Source: Klebsormidium nitens
Taxonomy: Eukaryota; Plantae; Klebsormidiophyceae
Length of the DNA: 64,000 nucleotides
Assembly (NCBI GenBank): GCA_000708835.1
Contig: DF237093.1
Span: 111,720 to 175,719 of the forward strand
Direction of reading: 5' to 3'
The position numbers and the translations under genes are program-made. Below the pieces are notes generated by a model. The model had not been told where the DNA came from, did not search any database, and saw only the letters and a list, made by a program, of their open reading frames with translations. Numbering within the stretch: position 1 is the stretch's first letter; each line of letters starts with the position of its first letter. Positions 63,372-64,000 of this stretch are shown here, in pieces.

Positions 63372-64000
63372 TTATGGTACATGAAGCTGGCATCCTAAGT
63401 TGGAAGCATTGATAGGATGAAAGAAAGGTTCAGAAAGGTTCTGAGATCAAAAATGATGCAAAAGAAAATGAAAGGGACCACTTGAGAAGGATTAAAGGAC
63501 CATCGTAGCAAGATTGTGTCTATCTCATTCCATTGAAGGTTCGATTCCATTGGCAGCTGTGTTGTCTTGATGGAGATCATCCATGAACGGCCGCTGATCA
63601 ACAATCCCGCACCCTACTTTTTTCGACCTGTGCTCCCTTCGTCCAACTTGGTACTCCTGAGAAGATGCTGACCATAGCTTGAGCTCAGTGGCTGCCAAGA
63701 TGCATTGCCAGTATGCGAATAGGCGCTAACATATGTGTCGGCCCGACATAAGCGACAATCCTGACCCGTACGGGCATCACAAATGCATCATTCATCCACC
63801 CGTCAGCTCAGCATCAGTGTGCGCGAGCATGCACGCGCTCAAGCGCATAGCCTCTGCTAAACCTTCCTTTTCCGCAGCGTAGCGGCGCGCGCGCGGTTCC
63901 AAATGTTGTGCCGCCTAGCGGGGGGTCGTTTCGAATTTTATGATCCAACCGGGGCCGACAATGCATGTATGACCCAGTGTTAAGATTAACTTTTTGGGAT

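Noticed and set aside
63535-63560. ggttcgattcc, a tRNA T-loop-like motif
   Set aside because: No acceptor stem, D-arm or anticodon arm could be built from the flanking sequence.

Overview
Intron-rich eukaryotic nuclear DNA. The gene content, GT-AG introns and GC-rich exons are consistent with a streptophyte green alga such as Klebsormidium; the organism assignment is inference. Genes reconstructed by hand across splice sites: a PHT4/SLC17-type anion transporter (+), two tandem F-box/LRR-like paralogues (-), an HtrA2/DEG14-like Deg protease (-), an oligopeptidase B-like S9A peptidase (+), two tandem F-box paralogues (+, the first frameshifted), TCF25/Rqc1 (-), a GRXS17/PICOT-type glutaredoxin (+), a MYND zinc-finger protein (-), a PHD-less strawberry-notch helicase-like gene (-), and the fused CNX1 molybdenum cofactor gene (+). 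No prokaryotic system, CRISPR array, tRNA or recognisable transposase was found. The most unusual structure is a recurring pattern in three introns (two in CNX1, one in strawberry notch): the 3' splice site plus the first bases of the next exon are tandemly duplicated upstream of the real exon. The largest array has a ~139-bp period and an apparent age gradient, and every decoy acceptor traced leads to a premature stop. Also notable: two separate tandem duplications each carried an F-box gene together with a fragment of its convergent neighbour (PHT4 exon 5; the last two TCF25 exons). Protein-level oddities include a His-rich CNX1 linker, a WCEPC dithiol in GRXS17, and PIP-like and SIM-like motifs in the strawberry-notch tail.
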